From Candidatus Micrarchaeota archaeon (lineage in GTDB: Archaea > Micrarchaeota > Micrarchaeia > Norongarragalinales > SBBD01), in contig JAZDGU010000011.1 in NCBI GenBank assembly GCA_043806595.1, positions 1 to 39,625 on the forward strand: a stretch of 39,625 nucleotides of DNA, written 5' to 3'. The notes beneath the pieces were generated by a model. It did not search any database and had not been told where the DNA came from. It saw nothing but the letters and a program-made list of their open reading frames with translations. Positions 35,114 through 39,625 of the stretch are shown here, piece by piece. The stretch's first letter is position 1. Each line of letters starts with the position of its first letter. The position numbers and the translations under genes are program-made.

Positions 35114-38014
35114 TCATTGCACAAGGATCGCAGGCTTGAACGGCAGCGCCCTTCCGGCCTTGCCTTGGGGGTCGTTCTCGCGTGTGGCCTCCTCCGCGCG
35201 AATCACTTCCACGCTGCAGCCGAACGCGGCCGCAAGCGCGGCCTTCGCCTGTTCCAGCAGCAAGAACTCGTCGCCCCGGGGCATCGGGTTTTCCTTGAAG
35301 AAGTTCACCTGCCTTTCCAGGGCCTTGAGGAGCGGGGGCAGGTCCTTAGCATGCTGCCTGAACCTGCTGTCCGCGTTCGCGGCCTTGAGCACGCCCCCGA
35401 AGTCGAACGAGCCCTTCCTCCTGGCCTCCTCCGATGCAAACGCAAGCAGCTCGGCCTTCCACTTCGGCGCGGTATAGACGCGCACGCGCACCGGCCTCGC
35501 AATCTTCGCTACTTCGAGGATTTTCTGGATGTCCGCGGAAAGCATGGCAACAGCCTTCTCCTCCTGCTCGAGCGCCGGGTCGATTTTCGACTCATCCGCG
35601 ACGGGGAAGCGCGCTAGCGAGGCGAAGCCTGTGTTGCCCAGCGCCTCCCATATCTCTTCCGACACATGCGGGGCCATGGGCGACACCATGAGCGCAATCT
35701 TTTGCACAGCAGCCTTCACCAGCGCCCAGTCCTCGCGGCCCGCCGCCGCCTGCATGTACGCCTTGAGCGCGCCGCACGGGTCGAAGAGCGCGGCCTGGCA
35801 GGCGGTCCGAAACCTCATCTGCTCGTACGCGGCCTCGGCGTTCCGTATTGCCGAGTTCAGCCGGCTCTCCAGCAGCCTCTCTTCGCGCCCCGGCGGTGCC
35901 TTTACCGCGGCGGCTGCCGCAGCCTTCCTTCCGGTGTCGTAAACGAAGTCTAGCAGCCTCTGGTAGGTGCGCACGCCCTCGGCCTTCCAGTCGGCGTCGT
36001 CCATGTTCTCGCCGGCGGCGATGATGTTGAGCCTCACAAGGTCGGCTCCATGCTCCCCGACGAGCGCGGAAAAGGGGATGAAGTTGCCCCTGCTCTTGCT
36101 CATCTTCTCGCCCTCCACGGTGACGTACCCGTTGACTGAAATCCCGCGCGGCCAGTGCTCCCTTCGGAAGATCGCGGAGTGGTGGAACACGAAGAACAGG
36201 AGGTGGTTCTGCAGCAGGTCCTTGCCGCTGTTGCGCAGATCCACGGGATAGAAATACTCGAACTCCGCGCGCATGTCGCGCAGCGCCTGCACATCCAGCC
36301 GCGCATCCGAAGCCGCCTCGTTTTCGTCCCCAATGCCCAGGAAAATGAAGTCGAACGCCGCGTCCGGCAGGTTCTCGGACTTGACGTCCCGCTCGCGGAT
36401 GATTCCGGAAATCGTGTAGTACGCCATGTATATCGTCGAGTCCGACAGCGTCTCGACTATCCATTCGTTGTCCCAAGGCAGTTTCGTGCCCAGCCCGCTG
36501 CGCCTCGTGCACGCCTTGTTCTGCAGCCACTCGACGGTGTTCTCCATCTGCAGCCTCGCCTCCTCGGGGAGGACCTGCATGCCCTTGATGTGCGCCTGCA
36601 CCTCGTCCTTCCACTTCCGGTCGCCGAACCTCAAAAACCACTGGTTCTCGAGGATTTTCACGTGGCAGGCGGTTCCGCAGCGGCAGACGACCTTTCCGCT
36701 GCACTCCCACATGACGTCCGCAAAGCCCTTCTCCGCGAACTCCTGCAGCAGCGCCTGCTTGCATTCGGAAACCTTCAGGCCGGCGAACCCTCCGCACCTG
36801 CCGTTGAGCACCCCCTCGTGGAATTCCTTCCTGTAGACCTCGGAGGTGGCCTTCTCGAGCTTGCCTTCGTCCTTCTGGCTCTTGATCCCCATCTTGCGGC
36901 ATTCCGCCGCCGCCGGGAATTCCCCGTATCCCCGCAGCGTAATCAGCCCGACGGGCCTGACCGCCAGCAGCTCCTTCGCGTTCAAGCCATACAGCTTCTG
37001 CGCCTCCGCGTCCCGCTTGAGGTCCTCGAGCGCGACGTAGTCGTAGGGCGCGTGAGCTGGCACGCCCATCACGACTCCGCTCGCATTCCCGGGCGAGACG
37101 AACTCCGCGGGAAGAATCGGAATGTTCGCATCAGTCACCGGGTTTACGGCAGTCTTTCCGATTAGGCCTTTCGCCTCCACTTTCCCCAGCACTTCCGCCT
37201 GCTTCTGCTGGTCCTGCAGCTTGATCACCGCCTCCTTGGCGACAACCCACGTCTCGCCCGCAACCTTCAGCCTCACGTATTCCGCCTCAGGGTTCAGCCA
37301 CAGGTTCGTCACGCCGTACGCCGTCTCCGGCCTCAGCGTCGCGCACGGCAGGACCAGCCTCTCCCCGTCCGCCTCCAGATAAAATTTTATCAATGCATAC
37401 TCGACGGGCGATTCTCCCTCGCCTTCCAGTCTGTCATGGTCGCCCGTGGGGCTCCTGTCGTGCGGGCAGTATATCACTGGGTGAGTGCCCTGCGCGACGT
37501 ACCCCCTCTTCCTCAAGGTGTTGTACTGCCATTCGACGAACCGCGAATACGTGGGCGTTAGGTCCGTGGTCACGAACTGCCTCCTCCAGTCAATGCTCAT
37601 GCCCGCGGACTGCAGGTCCGCAATCCAGCGCGCCATCCAGAACCTCGCTACCTCCTCCGGCCCCCTCTTGAAGCGCTCCAGGTCCCCGTCCGTGGCGCCG
37701 CTTTGCCGAAATCCCTCTATCTGCTTCGCATCGCCGTTGCGCAGGCGCTCGACCGCCCCCAGAATCGGCTCGCCCGTCGCATGGAACCCCTGGGGGAAGA
37801 GCACGTTGAAGCCCTTCATGCGCTTGAAGCGCGCGCACGCGTCCGTCCGGAAATAAGAATAGCTGTGGCCCACGTGCGGCGCGCCGTTGACGTACGGGTA
37901 GGGCACGCAGACGAAGAATTTCTTTTTCCCGGGGTCCACGTCTGCCTCGAAGGCCTTCCCATTCCTCCACTTCTCCTGCCATTTGGCCGCTACGGCCTTG
38001 AAATCTAGGGGCAT
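35114..38014 (-). CDS. leuS: leucine--tRNA ligase (archaeal type)
   Basis: PYPYVNGAPHVGH, ATLRPET, VPAHAPYDY, ETLSDSTIYMAYY, SGKDL..NHL and KMSKS; start ATG 38014. Confidence 0.97.
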   Translation of the reverse strand: MPLDFKAVAAKWQEKWRNGKAFEADVDPGKKKFFVCVPYPYVNGAPHVGHSYSYFRTDACARFKRMKGFNVLFPQGFHATGEPILGAVERLRNGDAKQIEGFRQSGATDGDLERFKRGPEEVARFWMARWIADLQSAGMSIDWRRQFVTTDLTPTYSRFVEWQYNTLRKRGYVAQGTHPVIYCPHDRSPTGDHDRLEGEGESPVEYALIKFYLEADGERLVLPCATLRPETAYGVTNLWLNPEAEYVRLKVAGETWVVAKEAVIKLQDQQKQAEVLGKVEAKGLIGKTAVNPVTDANIPILPAEFVSPGNASGVVMGVPAHAPYDYVALEDLKRDAEAQKLYGLNAKELLAVRPVGLITLRGYGEFPAAAECRKMGIKSQKDEGKLEKATSEVYRKEFHEGVLNGRCGGFAGLKVSECKQALLQEFAEKGFADVMWECSGKVVCRCGTACHVKILENQWFLRFGDRKWKDEVQAHIKGMQVLPEEARLQMENTVEWLQNKACTRRSGLGTKLPWDNEWIVETLSDSTIYMAYYTISGIIRERDVKSENLPDAAFDFIFLGIGDENEAASDARLDVQALRDMRAEFEYFYPVDLRNSGKDLLQNHLLFFVFHHSAIFRREHWPRGISVNGYVTVEGEKMSKSRGNFIPFSALVGEHGADLVRLNIIAAGENMDDADWKAEGVRTYQRLLDFVYDTGRKAAAAAAVKAPPGREERLLESRLNSAIRNAEAAYEQMRFRTACQAALFDPCGALKAYMQAAAGREDWALVKAAVQKIALMVSPMAPHVSEEIWEALGNTGFASLARFPVADESKIDPALEQEEKAVAMLSADIQKILEVAKIARPVRVRVYTAPKWKAELLAFASEEARRKGSFDFGGVLKAANADSRFRQHAKDLPPLLKALERQVNFFKENPMPRGDEFLLLEQAKAALAAAFGCSVEVIRAEEATRENDPQGKAGRALPFKPAILVQ

Positions 38015-38142
38015 GGTATTGCCATAGCCGGGCAAGACTTAAAACCCCCTCCCAGCCATTTCCGCCTGACGAAGCCCTTTATTGCGCGTGTCGAAGGCAA
38101 GGGATAAATACCCGGACTGGCAAAACTTATTCGGGAGGCGTC

Positions 38143-38286
38143 ATGGCGTTATTCGAAATCATCGTGCTGGCAATCCTGCTTCTGTCGTTCGCCTACTCTG
38201 AGCTCCAGAAGATGATAATGACGGAAAGCGACTTCGTGTTCGTCGTAATCGCGTTCTTCGCGCTTGCGATGTTCTCCGGAGTCTGA
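38143..38286 (+). CDS. 47-aa two-TM microprotein (absent from ORF track)
   Basis: SD GGGAGG, then MALFEIIVLAILLLSFAYSELQKMIMTESDFVFVVIAFFALAMFSGV*; TATA-like ATAAATA at 38104-38110. Confidence 0.7.
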   Translation: MALFEIIVLAILLLSFAYSELQKMIMTESDFVFVVIAFFALAMFSGV

Positions 38287-38302
38287 CGGGGTGGAGTGGA
38301 AT

Positions 38303-38620
38303 ATGGTGCTTTTGTCCAAAGAGGAACTGACCGGCGAGCTGCGGCAGACGCGCGGCTGGTGGGTAAAAACCGGCGAAATCGCCAAGGACTTCTCCTTCCC
38401 CACCGATGAGGAGGCCGAGGTGTTCGCGACGAACGTCCGCGTGCTGTGCAAGGCCATGGACCGCCATCCCGTGCTGCAAGTCGAGGGCTCCCAAGTCTTC
38501 CTCGCGACGCACTCCAGCTCGGAGGACGGCGTCACGCAGAGGGACGTCCATCTCGCGAAGGAAATCGAGAAGCTCGCCTCCCCCAAGCCCGTCCTGCAGG
38601 CCGTTACGGTCAACAGGTAG
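38303..38620 (+). CDS. pterin-4-alpha-carbinolamine dehydratase-like protein (catalytic motif degenerate)
   Basis: LLSKEEL..GW...IAKDFSF...RHP...GVTQRDVHLAKEIEKL. Confidence 0.8.
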   Translation: MVLLSKEELTGELRQTRGWWVKTGEIAKDFSFPTDEEAEVFATNVRVLCKAMDRHPVLQVEGSQVFLATHSSSEDGVTQRDVHLAKEIEKLASPKPVLQAVTVNR

Positions 38621-38700
38621 CCAATAACCTTTTCTCCATTCCGAATCCGCACGTTGTATATTCTTTGCCCTAATTAGCCGTTTTGTGCTGCATTCAGACA

Positions 38701-38878
38701 TTAGAGCTTGAAGTTGGGCATCATCTTCCGCAGACACCTCAAGGGAACCTCGCGGTTCCCTTACGCGTGTCGCCCCTTCCTTCCCTGTTTACTGCAAGGC
38801 TACGCCTTGCGGAAATATTTTTCGGCGGATATCATCCCCCCGTCGCTCACAGCTTGAAGTTGGGCATCATCTTCTGCA
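38701..38878. repeat. direct repeat of the srp54 3' end (24 bp identical, 27/28) bracketing three hairpins
   Basis: AGCTTGAAGTTGGGCATCATCTTC at 38705-38728 and 38851-38874, 146 bp apart. Confidence 0.9.
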
Positions 38879-39625
38879 TGTGCTTCATGAGCGAGCGGTT
38901 GCCGCGCATTCCCTTCATCATCTTCTGCATGCGCTCGAAGTTGCTCACCAGCTCCCGCACGTCGTCCAGGCTGAGCCCCGCGCCCGCCGCGACCCTCTCC
39001 TGCCTGCTCCTGTGCTTCATCAGGTTCGGGTCCTTGCGTTCCGCGGGCGTCATGCTCAGCACCGCGGACTCGAAACGCCGCATGTTCTCCTCGCTCTTCC
39101 CCAGCAGCTCCTGCGGCACGTCGTAGAGGCCCATCATCTGAAGCACCTGCTTGAGCGGCCCCATCTTCCTCATCGAGCGCAGCTGCGCGAGGAACGTCTC
39201 GTAGTCCAGCCTGCCCTCCTCGAGCACCTTCTGCATGGCCTCCTCGTCGCTGATGTCCTGCACCTTGGAAAGCAGGGACTCGAGGTCCGCAAAACCCACG
39301 AGACGCGCCACAAACTTCTTGGCATCAAACACTTCCAACGCGTCCGGCTTCTCACCCGAGGCAATAAACGCCACGCGGCTTTTGCTGGCGTGCACCGCGG
39401 AAAGCGCGCCGCCTCCCTTGCCGCTGCCGTCCATCTTCGTTACAATTACTCCCGTGATGCCGACCGACTTCTGGAACTGCTCGGCCTGCCTGCCCGCGAC
39501 CTGCCCGATGTCGGCGCTGACGACGAGGTACGCCTCGTCGGGCTTGAACGCGGCCGCGATTGCCTTCAACTCCGAGGCGAGCTCGTCGTCGAACGCGCTC
39601 CTTCCCGCAGAATCGAAAATCAGGA
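38847..39625 (-). CDS. srp54: signal recognition particle protein SRP54 (5'-truncated)
   Basis: DSAGR, TKMDGSGKGGGALS, GEKPDALE.F, KMGPLKQVLQM, SMTPAER..P and SRQERVAAGAG (M domain). Confidence 0.97.
   Translation of the reverse strand, partial: LIFDSAGRSAFDDELASELKAIAAAFKPDEAYLVVSADIGQVAGRQAEQFQKSVGITGVIVTKMDGSGKGGGALSAVHASKSRVAFIASGEKPDALEVFDAKKFVARLVGFADLESLLSKVQDISDEEAMQKVLEEGRLDYETFLAQLRSMRKMGPLKQVLQMMGLYDVPQELLGKSEENMRRFESAVLSMTPAERKDPNLMKHRSRQERVAAGAGLSLDDVRELVSNFERMQKMMKGMRGNRSLMKHMQKMMPNFKL

Noticed and set aside
38701..38878. CRISPR or DGR template/variable repeat explanation for the srp54 duplicate
   Set aside because: Only two copies with a spacer of about 120 bp, no cas or reverse transcriptase gene, and the differences are not adenine-specific.

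Overview
GC-rich archaeal chromosomal window, most likely from a DPANN lineage such as Micrarchaeota. The lineage call is an inference from aTrm56, fibrillarin, pelota, archaeal-type LeuRS/SecDF/SRP54, a multi-intron tRNA and many small class III signal-peptide genes. Most content is housekeeping: trm56, rpiA, pyrE, pelota, sppA, mscS, trmB, fibrillarin, an ECF transporter, Trbp111, lemA, secF/secD, a CPA2 antiporter, rnhB, a five-gene glycogen/alpha-glucan operon, leuS and the 3' part of srp54. The most notable items read from the sequence are: (1) five tandem class III (type IV pilin-like) genes, two fused to a duplicated Cys-rich stalk and a beta-helix head, with a terminator-like hairpin between small pilins and adhesins; (2) a tRNA-Trp(CCA) split by two BHB introns (30/31 and 37/38) with a 7-nt middle exon and an intronic box C/D guide, whose D guide fits Cm34 but whose D' guide does not match its own tRNA; (3) a duplicated 3' end of srp54 bracketing about 120 bp of hairpins, like an integration scar; (4) an AbrB-PIN toxin-antitoxin pair whose toxin lacks a usable canonical start codon; (5) several structured intergenic RNA candidates, two with their own TATA-like box; (6) a COG2403 enzyme coupled to pyrE. 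No CRISPR array, rRNA, transposase or integrase was seen. All family calls come from motif recognition by eye; no database searches were run.
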